NCBI GenBank assembly: GCA_023133225.1
Contig: JAGLWV010000078.1
Coordinates: 1-40,770 of the forward strand
From: Candidatus Aminicenantes bacterium
GTDB taxonomy: Bacteria; Acidobacteriota; Aminicenantia; Aminicenantales; Aminicenantaceae
Direction: 5' to 3'
Length of the DNA: 40,770 nucleotides
Shown here piece by piece: positions 7,564 through 15,671 of this stretch. A program made the position numbers and the translations under genes. Each line of letters opens with the position of its first letter. The stretch's first letter is position 1. The notes beneath the pieces are model-generated. The model was not told the origin of the DNA, made no database searches, and saw nothing but the letters and a program-made list of their open reading frames with translations.

Positions 7564-9549
7564 TCAGAGAATCGGTTTTCCTATCATTTCCCCGGGTAGG
7601 TCTATGCCGAAAACATTAAGAATTGTGGCAGTCACGTCATAGAGAGCCGGAGAGCCGATTTTGGCTTTCTGGTTGGCAAGAAAAATACCGGGACATACTT
7701 CCGGAGACACGCAGTGGTCACCACTCCATTTTGCTGTGTTATCCTCAATAATTTCTTTTGGAATTCTGCCCAGTGGTGTTCCCCAGGAACATCGGTATCC
7801 AGAGTTGTAACCGACAATGATCTCCGGCGCATCCTCAACATAGGGGCCATGGTAAACATCTTTTGTAATATAAGCCCGGAAGACAGGCCTTTCACCTGTT
7901 ATCGGGTCCTTGAAATCCTCCAGTTTGTGAGCGATTTCTCGCACCAGTGCTTCTTTTTCCGGTCCCGGGTTGACAACACCCTGTCCTTCTCTTCCTTTTT
8001 GGTTGATATAAAGGCCGTTCAAACCCAATGCATAGGCTCTGCTTCTCGACCAGTCCGTATTTGTAAAGAGAATATCTCGACCCTGCCTCCATCTGTTTAT
8101 AAGAGAATGATATCCACTCTCTTTTAGCCAGGTGTTGAGGTTGAATTGACGGCGAAAAGGCGTGAACCCGTGGTCAGACATGACCATCAGGATTGTGTCT
8201 TTGTCCGCTTTTTCCATGGCCCTGCCCAAAATTTTATCAGCTTCTCTATAGATGTTTTTGATGACATTTCCATATTTGGATGCCAGACCAGAGTCATAAG
8301 AGGGATGGTTTTTATCGAGAAAGCGCCAGAACATGTGCTGTCGCTGGTCGGTGCTGGAAACGTAGTAAAAAAGAAGGCCTGAATCAAACCGTGCCAATTC
8401 ATACTCGAACATCTCATTTCTCTCTTTGAGGATGAAATCGTCCTGTTCAAGGAACTCCTTCTCATCTAAAATGCCGTGATCAAGGGCTTTAAAGTCGGCG
8501 GGGAGACCTTTGGTGTAAAAAGGGCCGAATTTTTTTTCGAGTTTTTTAGAATAATTCTCTGGTGTAGAGATAGTGAAAAAATCATCCGCGGGATCGATGT
8601 TGATAGGCGAGACATAAAGCTTGAATTCGGGGCGGACCTGTTTGAGTAAAAATTTACAGATCCCTTTCACGCTCTTGGTTGGGATCAGGCTGAATCGGAT
8701 TCTTTTCCAGTCGCTCCATTCTCCCTCTTTAAGGATGAATTCGTTATCCTGGATGACAATCTTAGCCACAGGATTCACAGGATCGATAAAAACTTTAAAA
8801 TCTATTTCTGAATTTTGTCTATCCTTTTTAAAGGGATTGGTGGGGCCCGGGAGTTTTGCTTCCACTTTGTTATTTAAGACATAAACCTGTAGGATTTGTG
8901 CCCCGCCTAGATCTTCTTTGATCTCCGTGAATTCAGAAGTGTAGTAATGACAGGTTCCGAAGGTTCCGAGGATGTCCGGCGTATTCATTCCGGAAAGGGT
9001 TTTCTGTTTGGTAGGGACAGGTGGATAGTTGGATGGCATCTTAAAGATTGTGGCCGGGATGTCATGATCTTCAAGGATCTGCCAGAAAGCTCTTCCCTTG
9101 CGCAGATTCTTGACACCTCCACCTGAGAGAGGAAGCACGAGGTTTCCCAGGGAAATTGTTTTTGCGGCATCTGTGGATTCAGCTGAGGAAGAGAAAACCA
9201 TGTATCTTTCGGGATCTCTATGGACAAAGTCGAAGATGCCATGCCCGCCCGGATCAGTTCCTGTAATAAAATTTGACCAGGCGACAGGGCTCTGGGGCGG
9301 AGTGCTCGTTCTGAGCCGACGAAAATCCCCCTGGTTCATCAGCCGCTGGAAATGAGGAAGTATTCCTTCTTTCATCCATACATGGAGAAGGTGAGGGTCC
9401 ATCCCGTCAAGACCAAGGAGAAGGATTTTTTTAGATGTTTCCCTTTTTCCAAGGACTTTTGTGACCAGGTCTGAACCGCTTCCCGCAGCTAAAAGAGAAC
9501 CGGCTGTCAAACCCAATTTAATAAATTCTCTTCTTTTTATTTGAGTCAT
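7564..9549 (-). CDS. Alkaline-phosphatase-superfamily protein (type I phosphodiesterase / nucleotide pyrophosphatase-like), Tat-exported; paralog 1
   Basis: 661-aa ORF. It has a twin-arginine signal MTQIKRREFIKLGLTAGSLLAAGSG. AlkP-superfamily metal and nucleophile motifs are present: LGLDGMD, PPQSPVAWSNFITG, MSDHGF and WSGDHC. Its start overlaps the upstream stop as ATGA. Confidence 0.85.
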   Translation of the reverse strand: MTQIKRREFIKLGLTAGSLLAAGSGSDLVTKVLGKRETSKKILLLGLDGMDPHLLHVWMKEGILPHFQRLMNQGDFRRLRTSTPPQSPVAWSNFITGTDPGGHGIFDFVHRDPERYMVFSSSAESTDAAKTISLGNLVLPLSGGGVKNLRKGRAFWQILEDHDIPATIFKMPSNYPPVPTKQKTLSGMNTPDILGTFGTCHYYTSEFTEIKEDLGGAQILQVYVLNNKVEAKLPGPTNPFKKDRQNSEIDFKVFIDPVNPVAKIVIQDNEFILKEGEWSDWKRIRFSLIPTKSVKGICKFLLKQVRPEFKLYVSPINIDPADDFFTISTPENYSKKLEKKFGPFYTKGLPADFKALDHGILDEKEFLEQDDFILKERNEMFEYELARFDSGLLFYYVSSTDQRQHMFWRFLDKNHPSYDSGLASKYGNVIKNIYREADKILGRAMEKADKDTILMVMSDHGFTPFRRQFNLNTWLKESGYHSLINRWRQGRDILFTNTDWSRSRAYALGLNGLYINQKGREGQGVVNPGPEKEALVREIAHKLEDFKDPITGERPVFRAYITKDVYHGPYVEDAPEIIVGYNSGYRCSWGTPLGRIPKEIIEDNTAKWSGDHCVSPEVCPGIFLANQKAKIGSPALYDVTATILNVFGIDLPGEMIGKPIL

Positions 9550-11780
9550 TTTTTCCTTCTTTTTTTATTATAACCGAAAGAAAGGTTCTGAACATCTATA
9601 AGTGGTTGTCCATCCATATGAGAAGGCACTTCCAGGCCGAAGAGTTCGAGGATGGTGGGAGCGATGTCCATTATGGAAGGGCTTTTTGCATTTATTTTTT
9701 GATTGCAAAAAAATATGCCGGGAACGATCCTTGGGTCGATACAATGGTCTCCACTCCAGGCCTTGGTATTGTCTTCAAAGACCGTGCTGTTGACTTTACC
9801 GGTGACTGAATCCCAGGAAATCCTGTATCCTTCGTTGTATCCTACAATAAGGTCAGGGCAGTTCTCCTTGTAAGGTCCGGATGGCAGTTCATCCCGGTCG
9901 AAAATTGTGTTGATGGCGGTGGAGTTGTCTCCCTCATCCCTGAGGCCGGTCAACCGACTGATGAGTTCTTTCTTTATTGCCTTCATCTCTTCGCCGGAGG
10001 GAATCGTCCCTTTCGCTTCACGTCCCTTCTGGTTTATGTAGATGCCTGCGAGGCCCAGAGCGTATGCCCTGGATTTTTCCCAGTCAACATCCTTGAACCA
10101 TTCCTCACTTTCCTTTTTTCCTTCTTTAAGGGAGAGATAGCCGTTGAGATGAAGCCAGGAATTGAGATTCACTCCGCGGCGGAAGGATTTAAATCCGTGG
10201 TCTGACATGATGATGAAAACGCTTCTGCCGTCGATTTTTTCCAGAGTTTTTCCAACAAGTTCATCCATTTTTTCATACAGCTCTTCAATCACTTTCGCAC
10301 TCATTTTGGCCTGGCCTCTTTCAAGTGCAGGATGATCCTTATCGAGGTATCGCCAGAACATGTGCTGGATGCTGTCCGTCGTTTCAAAAACACAGGTGAC
10401 GAGGCCTTTTTTTGTTTTATCCAGGGCATTAAAAAACATCTTTTCCCATTCCCTGTGGTTTGAGTATGTCAGTTCTAAAAAGGCCTCTTCGCTAAGAATC
10501 CCTTCATTGAGGGCCCAGGTATCGTTTGCCTCTCCGAGGGTTATAAAACTTCCCAGGAGTTTGCCCAGATAGATGGAATAGATAAAAGGATGGGAAATAG
10601 GAAGAGCCGGTTTTTCCGGGTCGATATTCAAAGGAGTGAGGTACATTTCGAGATGAGGATGGATTTGAGAAATATAAAAACGGCCGATAGCCTTTATTTT
10701 CAATCCCAGCCCGGGGCGGAAAGTCAGCTTGATCCAGTCAGAGAAGGTGTGCATGTTCAGGGTGATTTTCTGGCCTGAGACTTCCAGAAGAGCTTTATCT
10801 TTGGCCCTGTCTATTGTAATGGCTAGAGGGAGGCGAATGTCCTCTCCTTTTCTGAGAAGGGTGTTTTCCGGGCCTGATATATAGGTTTCAATTTTATCTT
10901 TTTTGATAGTTACAGGGATATTTATCCCGCCTTCTCGCTGTTTGATCTTATCTTTATCCGAGGTGTAAAAGGAAAATGTTCCTTGACCGCCTTTCATATC
11001 AGGCGTACACATTCCGGAGAGCAAATGACCCCGGAATTTTTCAGGAGGGAATGTGATGGGAACTCTTAGGATCGTACAAAAAATTCCTTTTTTCCCAAGG
11101 ATTTTCCAGAACGGGATGCTTTTGCGCAGGTTCTTGATTTTTGGCTTAGACAGTGGAATGTCATATTTTCCCAGAGAAAAGATTTTCTGGGGCTTTCCGA
11201 TCCGGGCAGATGAGAGGTCGGGAAGATAGTTTTTTGGATTGCGGCTTAGAAAGTCAAATATATTGTGCTTGGATGGGGATGTTCCTGTCATAAAAGAAGA
11301 CCAGGCCACCGGCGATATGGCAGGAGTTGTTGTTTGTAGTTTGGCATAAACTCCCATTTTCTTTATTTTTGAAAAATGCGGAAGCTTGCCTTCAGACATA
11401 TATTTTTCTACAAGAGATGGTTCCATGCCATCCAGGCCGAGGATGATGAGTCTGTCAATGTTGCTTTTTTTATAAGCCCTTTGTCCTTTTATGACCCTCA
11501 TGAGAAAGCGAAAAGGCCAGGAGAGGAAGGAAAAAAGAGCCAGAATAAAAGTCAGAAAAATGATAAGGAAAGAAGAGAGAAACGCAAAACCTGCGCCCGG
11601 CCCCACATAAGCATGGAGAGGGCAGGAAAAGACAAGGAGAAGGAGGACTATAAGAAAAAAAGGGGACAGACCCCTTTTTCTGGAAAGTCGAATTCTTCCA
11701 GGTGAGAACTCCATAAAGAAAAAGGGGCCTGTCCCCTTTTTTGTCCCCTTTTTTACCTTTTTTATGCAATTTTTTTTCAT
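9546..11780 (-). CDS. Alkaline-phosphatase-superfamily protein (type I phosphodiesterase-like), N-terminally membrane-anchored; paralog 2 (start uncertain)
   Basis: 744-aa ORF with LGLDGME, AISPVAWSSFMTG, MSDHGF and WSGDHC. It is clearly similar to paralog 1 (for example RAYALGLAGIYINQKGREAKG versus RAYALGLNGLYINQKGREGQG). Hydrophobic N-terminal segments surround AYVGPGAGFAFLSSFLIIFLTFILALF. The first roughly 40 codons run through palindromic low-complexity DNA where three reading frames are open, so the true start may be the ATG at 11714 or later. Confidence 0.8.
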   Translation of the reverse strand: MKKNCIKKVKKGTKKGTGPFFFMEFSPGRIRLSRKRGLSPFFLIVLLLLVFSCPLHAYVGPGAGFAFLSSFLIIFLTFILALFSFLSWPFRFLMRVIKGQRAYKKSNIDRLIILGLDGMEPSLVEKYMSEGKLPHFSKIKKMGVYAKLQTTTPAISPVAWSSFMTGTSPSKHNIFDFLSRNPKNYLPDLSSARIGKPQKIFSLGKYDIPLSKPKIKNLRKSIPFWKILGKKGIFCTILRVPITFPPEKFRGHLLSGMCTPDMKGGQGTFSFYTSDKDKIKQREGGINIPVTIKKDKIETYISGPENTLLRKGEDIRLPLAITIDRAKDKALLEVSGQKITLNMHTFSDWIKLTFRPGLGLKIKAIGRFYISQIHPHLEMYLTPLNIDPEKPALPISHPFIYSIYLGKLLGSFITLGEANDTWALNEGILSEEAFLELTYSNHREWEKMFFNALDKTKKGLVTCVFETTDSIQHMFWRYLDKDHPALERGQAKMSAKVIEELYEKMDELVGKTLEKIDGRSVFIIMSDHGFKSFRRGVNLNSWLHLNGYLSLKEGKKESEEWFKDVDWEKSRAYALGLAGIYINQKGREAKGTIPSGEEMKAIKKELISRLTGLRDEGDNSTAINTIFDRDELPSGPYKENCPDLIVGYNEGYRISWDSVTGKVNSTVFEDNTKAWSGDHCIDPRIVPGIFFCNQKINAKSPSIMDIAPTILELFGLEVPSHMDGQPLIDVQNLSFGYNKKRRKK
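11657..11741 (-). repeat. Pair of inverted terminator-like hairpins (AAAAAGGGG-N5-CCCCTTTTT) flanking a central hairpin
   Basis: Hairpin at 11657-11679: AAAAAGGGG acaga CCCCTTTTT. Hairpin at 11719-11741: AAAAAGGGG cctgt CCCCTTTTT. The two are near-identical when one is reverse-complemented. Central stem: CTGGAA (11680-11685) with TTCCAG (11696-11701). GTCCCCTTTTTT is tandemly duplicated at 11731-11754. Confidence 0.6.
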
Positions 11781-13150
11781 AACATTTTATCCAGGATGAT
11801 CCCTGCTAAATCAGAAATTGAGAGGTCTTTGTCCTGTTCTTTTTTAGCCCAGAAAAAGGCATCATCCCAGGTGTGCATTCCTTGAAGATTTGTGCGGCCG
11901 AACATTTCTTTTTTCTTTACCGAACCCTTCATATCAAAGCCGTACTCGGAAAGCACGATTAAATCCGGCCCCTCGGGGAGGTAAGGACCGGAATAAACGT
12001 CTTCAGCGTCAAAGACGCGCCTCACAACTTTTTTTCCATTGTACTCCAGCTTTTCCAGTTTTTGGCTTATTTGTTCTTTTAAAACTTTTTTTTCCAGTGG
12101 TCCAACACAGCCTTGAGGAAATTTTTCTTTCAGGTTCAGGTAGATACGGTTTGGATCCATGACAAAGGCTCTGCTGTGGGGCGATATCTCTTTCAGATCC
12201 TGAGGAGCGGGATTAGCGAATTCTAAATAGCCTTCTTTTTTCAGCCATACATTCAGGTAAACCTCCTGTTCGATCCCGGTGAACCCATGGTCTGAAAGAA
12301 GAAATAGCCTTTCGTCGTCATCCGTAAGTTTCCGAAAAGCAGTCACGATTTTTTCAATCACATCATCTATCTGGCGATAATAGTCGAGAAATTTCAGATG
12401 ATGAACATGACTTTCGTCCTCGTAGGCATTCCATAAGAAATGATGGAGCCTGTCCGTTCCCGTGATGACAAACTCAAAATAATCCCAATCTCTCTGCCAG
12501 AAGAGGTTAAATGCTTCCTGACGCCCGGCCAGAGTCTTGGAAAGATCCTTCCATAGAAATTCATTATTTTCTCTTGATTTAAGAGTGTCGATATCGATCT
12601 GATAGCCTACTTGTTCAAGAGGGGCTTTGCAAGAAGGAGGATAGACGGCTCTGGCAAGCTCGATGGCTACGAAGCCTGAGATGAGGACTCCGTTGATTTC
12701 TCGGGCAGGGTAGGTCGAAGGCTGGTTGATAATGATACATTTTTTTCCATGCCTGCCGAGGATATCCCAGAATGTCTCTTTTTTTAGATCAAGAAAATTC
12801 GGAAAACGAAGTTCATAAGAGTTTTTCTTGAGGTCTGTAAAGCCAAAAATGCCGTGAGTCCCTGGATTGGCTCCGGTCATGAAGTTTGTCCAGCTTACCG
12901 CAGAAATTTCTGGAAGACTGGCTTTCATCCTGTGAAGATGGCCTGAGTCAAGAAGTCTGGATATCGCCGGCATGATTCCTTTTTCGGCGAGCTCAAGAAG
13001 GAGAGAATAAGGGACCCCATCAAGCCCGATGACACACACTCTTTTTTTCTTTTTTCTTTTAAAGAAAGCCATAGAATCATACATTATAGCACTGACTTGG
13101 CTTAAGGAAAAGGGACATTTTTCTTTGAGTAAGCAAGGCTGAGCAGGCAT
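11777..13150 (-). CDS. Alkaline-phosphatase-superfamily protein (type I phosphodiesterase-like), no signal peptide (cytoplasmic); paralog 3
   Basis: 457-aa ORF with VIGLDGV, EISAVSWTNFMTG, LSDHGF and GMHTWDD. The stop overlaps the paralog 2 ATG as ATGA. No Shine-Dalgarno precedes the ATG at 13150. In-frame ATGs at 13084 and 13072 (MAFFKRKKKKRVCVIGLDG) are plausible true starts. Confidence 0.8.
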   Translation of the reverse strand: MPAQPCLLKEKCPFSLSQVSAIMYDSMAFFKRKKKKRVCVIGLDGVPYSLLLELAEKGIMPAISRLLDSGHLHRMKASLPEISAVSWTNFMTGANPGTHGIFGFTDLKKNSYELRFPNFLDLKKETFWDILGRHGKKCIIINQPSTYPAREINGVLISGFVAIELARAVYPPSCKAPLEQVGYQIDIDTLKSRENNEFLWKDLSKTLAGRQEAFNLFWQRDWDYFEFVITGTDRLHHFLWNAYEDESHVHHLKFLDYYRQIDDVIEKIVTAFRKLTDDDERLFLLSDHGFTGIEQEVYLNVWLKKEGYLEFANPAPQDLKEISPHSRAFVMDPNRIYLNLKEKFPQGCVGPLEKKVLKEQISQKLEKLEYNGKKVVRRVFDAEDVYSGPYLPEGPDLIVLSEYGFDMKGSVKKKEMFGRTNLQGMHTWDDAFFWAKKEQDKDLSISDLAGIILDKML

Positions 13151-13196
13151 AGTTCACAATATGGGAGCTGTCCGCATCTTATTTAATTCAAGCCGA

Positions 13197-13446
13197 AGGT
13201 TTTGGGGGATAGCCGAAGCGACCATTGAAAATTTAGCCTTTGGAGCTCGGTCTTTGAGGGAAGTTGACGAAGTCAGCCGGCCGAGATGTTTGAGCACGAG
13301 ATAGGAAAAAAAAGCGTGTCACGTTATGAAAAAGAACATGCGGCGTATGCCATGAACTGTGATGCGGAGTTTCGAGGCCGCCGAGAAGGCCGAGTGTAGA
13401 ATGGCGTTAAAAATCTGAAGGGGAGCTAGGCTATCCCCCAAAACCT
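13197..13446. repeat. Roughly 250-bp intergenic element bounded by a perfect 18-bp inverted repeat (MITE-like element or structured RNA gene)
   Basis: AGGTTTTGGGGGATAGCC at 13197-13214 is the exact reverse complement of GGCTATCCCCCAAAACCT at 13429-13446. There is additional internal complementarity: CTCGGTCTT (13246-13254) with AAGGCCGAG (13386-13394, one G-U pair). There is no convincing ORF and no Shine-Dalgarno. It sits in a 329-bp gap between the acs-like gene and the phosphodiesterase operon. Confidence 0.45.
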
Positions 13447-13479
13447 ACTCCAATCACGGACTTGAAGATGCTTCCCTTC

Positions 13480-15645
13480 TCAGAGGATGATTCGTGCATC
13501 GACGATAGCGCAACCTTTGCCTTTCTCATAGACGATGAGCGGATTTATATCCAGTTCTTTGATGTCTTCAAAATCAATTACGAGTTGAGAAAGCCTTTTT
13601 AGACAATCTTCTATGGCCTCTATGTCGTAGACCGGCTCACCTCTGAATCCCTCCAGGATTTTGTGAGTTTTTGTGAGTGTGATCATGTGGGTTGCGGTGA
13701 GCTCACGGATGGGAGCCAGTCTAAAGGTGACATCTTCCAGGACTTCCACATAAATTCCTCCCATACCGAACATCAAGAGGGGTCCAAACTGAGGTTCTCT
13801 GTTCATTCCGATTATGATCTCTTTTCCATTGGAGGCCATTTCTTCGACAAGTACGCCTCTGATGTTTGCCCCGGGTTTTTTGGCCAGGACGTTTTCGAGA
13901 ATTTCCCGATAGGCACTTCTTACTTCGATTTCGTTTTTTAGGTTGAGTTTTACTCCTCCAAAGTCGAATTTATGGATGATATCAGGAGAAGTGATTTTCA
14001 AGACTACAGGGAAGCCAATCTTTTCCCCTGCTTCTGCAGCTTGGTTTTCATTTTCTGCCAGGATAGATTTGATAACAGGGAAATGATAGGCTTTAAGAAC
14101 CTCATACGATTCATGTTCCATGAGTAACTGGCGGCCTTCCTTTTTGACAGAGCCTATGATTTTTTTGGCTTTGGTTCTATCAACCTTGTATTTTTTTATT
14201 CTGGTTTGCGGACGGCTAAGCCACCTGGTAAACTTGGTCATCTCGGAGAGGGCCCTGGCCGCTGATTCAGGAAACTTGTAAGCCGGGATTCCATTTTCTT
14301 CCAGGATATCGATTCCGGTGGAGACATCGTAGACTCCCAGAAAACAGCTCAAAATAGGTTTTTGAAATTTTTTCGATGAATTAACGATCGCATTTGCGAT
14401 TTTTTCCACGTCTGTAAAAGAAGTAGCTGTCAGGATAACAATGAGCGAATGGATATTCTTATCTTTTAATATTTCATTTAAGGCAGCTTCATACTGCTCA
14501 TGCTGTGCTTCGGCGATCAGGTCCAAGGGATTATTTATAAAGACCGTGGGGGGCAATAGGTTTTTTAGGGATTTCACCGTGTTTCTGTTGAAGGGAGCGA
14601 TATTCATCCCGTTGCTAATACATGCGTCTGTGGCTAATATTCCCGGTCCTCCTGAATTGGTGACTATGGCCACATTTTCTCCTTTGGGCAAGGGCTGGCT
14701 GGCGAAGCCGCGGACATAATCGAAAATTTCATCCAGTGTGTTTCCCCTGAGAACTCCACACTGGCTGAAAATGGCATCGTAGACTTTGTCCGAACCGGCG
14801 AGAGACCCGGTATGGGAAGAAGCTGCTTTTGCTCCTAAAAGTGTCCGCCCCGCTTTAAGCGCTATGATAGGTTTGGGGTGTGAAGTATTGTTCGTGATGT
14901 CACGGGCAATTTTCATAAATTCTCTTCCGTCGGCAAGGTCCTCGAGATACATTAAAATCACGTCTGTTTTTGGGTCGTCTTTCAGATAAAGCAGGAGCTC
15001 ATTTTCGGTCAATCCAGCTTTGTTTCCCATGCTGATAAATTTGGAGAAACCGATGTTGGATTCTTTAGCGTAATCAAGAACGGCCATACAGAGGGCACCG
15101 CTCTGGGAAATGAATGCGATATTTCCCTCTTTGGACATCTGAGTGCCGAATGTAGCATTCATGGAAGATTCAGGATCGGTGTTGATAATGCCCAGGCAGT
15201 TCGGCCCTATAAGGGAAATGCCATACTTCCGGATGACCTGATAGACCTTATCCTCCAGTCCCGTTCCTTCTTTTCCTATTTCCTTGAATCCAGCTGAGAT
15301 AACGATAGCTCCCTGAATGTGCTTTTTGCCGCATTCCTCCAGCACGTCGGGTACAAAACGTGAAGGAACGACTATGACAGCGAGGTCAACCACGTCAGGA
15401 ATATCAATGACACTGGGGTAGCATTTTATCCCCAGGACTCCTCTGGCCTTGGGATTAACGGGATAGACGATACCCTGAAATCGGCTGTCGATGATGTTGG
15501 CAAGAAGGGATTGACCCACACTTCCTGGCTCTCTAGATGCACCAATAAGGGCGATCGTTTTAGGATAGAAAATGGAATGGAGCTGGTTAATGGTATTTTC
15601 ATTGAATTTTAGATTTTTCTTTGATCCCATATTTTTATTGCTCAT
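13480..15645 (-). CDS. Acetate--CoA ligase (ADP-forming) / NDP-forming acyl-CoA synthetase, fused alpha-beta type
   Basis: 721-aa ORF. It has an N-terminal CoA-binding Rossmann region (IALIGASREPGSVGQS) and a succinyl-CoA-synthetase-like phosphohistidine loop (AASSHTGSLAGSD). The C-terminal half is ATP-grasp-like (GFPVVLKITSPDIIHKFDFGGVKLNL). Confidence 0.9.
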   Translation of the reverse strand: MSNKNMGSKKNLKFNENTINQLHSIFYPKTIALIGASREPGSVGQSLLANIIDSRFQGIVYPVNPKARGVLGIKCYPSVIDIPDVVDLAVIVVPSRFVPDVLEECGKKHIQGAIVISAGFKEIGKEGTGLEDKVYQVIRKYGISLIGPNCLGIINTDPESSMNATFGTQMSKEGNIAFISQSGALCMAVLDYAKESNIGFSKFISMGNKAGLTENELLLYLKDDPKTDVILMYLEDLADGREFMKIARDITNNTSHPKPIIALKAGRTLLGAKAASSHTGSLAGSDKVYDAIFSQCGVLRGNTLDEIFDYVRGFASQPLPKGENVAIVTNSGGPGILATDACISNGMNIAPFNRNTVKSLKNLLPPTVFINNPLDLIAEAQHEQYEAALNEILKDKNIHSLIVILTATSFTDVEKIANAIVNSSKKFQKPILSCFLGVYDVSTGIDILEENGIPAYKFPESAARALSEMTKFTRWLSRPQTRIKKYKVDRTKAKKIIGSVKKEGRQLLMEHESYEVLKAYHFPVIKSILAENENQAAEAGEKIGFPVVLKITSPDIIHKFDFGGVKLNLKNEIEVRSAYREILENVLAKKPGANIRGVLVEEMASNGKEIIIGMNREPQFGPLLMFGMGGIYVEVLEDVTFRLAPIRELTATHMITLTKTHKILEGFRGEPVYDIEAIEDCLKRLSQLVIDFEDIKELDINPLIVYEKGKGCAIVDARIIL

Positions 15646-15671
15646 AGCTTTGGTAATACCTCCTCCATGAA

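Noticed and set aside
11376-11769. ORFs 11376..11705 (+) and 11470..11769 (-) overlap the paralog 2 N-terminal region.
   Set aside because: They are kept open only by A/G- and C/T-rich palindromic low-complexity sequence. Their products are poly-Lys/Glu or Pro/Phe/Ser strings.
13070-13092. GCTATAATGTATGATTCTATGG on the minus strand shows a superficial resemblance to the central region of a dif/Xer site. It also contains a TATAAT that could drive a near-leaderless start at 13072.
   Set aside because: Only about 9 nt match the dif core, and there are no flanking XerC/XerD arms. The promoter idea lacks a credible -35 box. It is noted only as start-codon uncertainty for paralog 3.
13161-13304. 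47-codon ATG ORF inside the inverted-repeat-bounded element.
   Set aside because: It has no ribosome-binding site, its composition is not protein-like, and it crosses the left repeat arm. I treat the region as non-coding.
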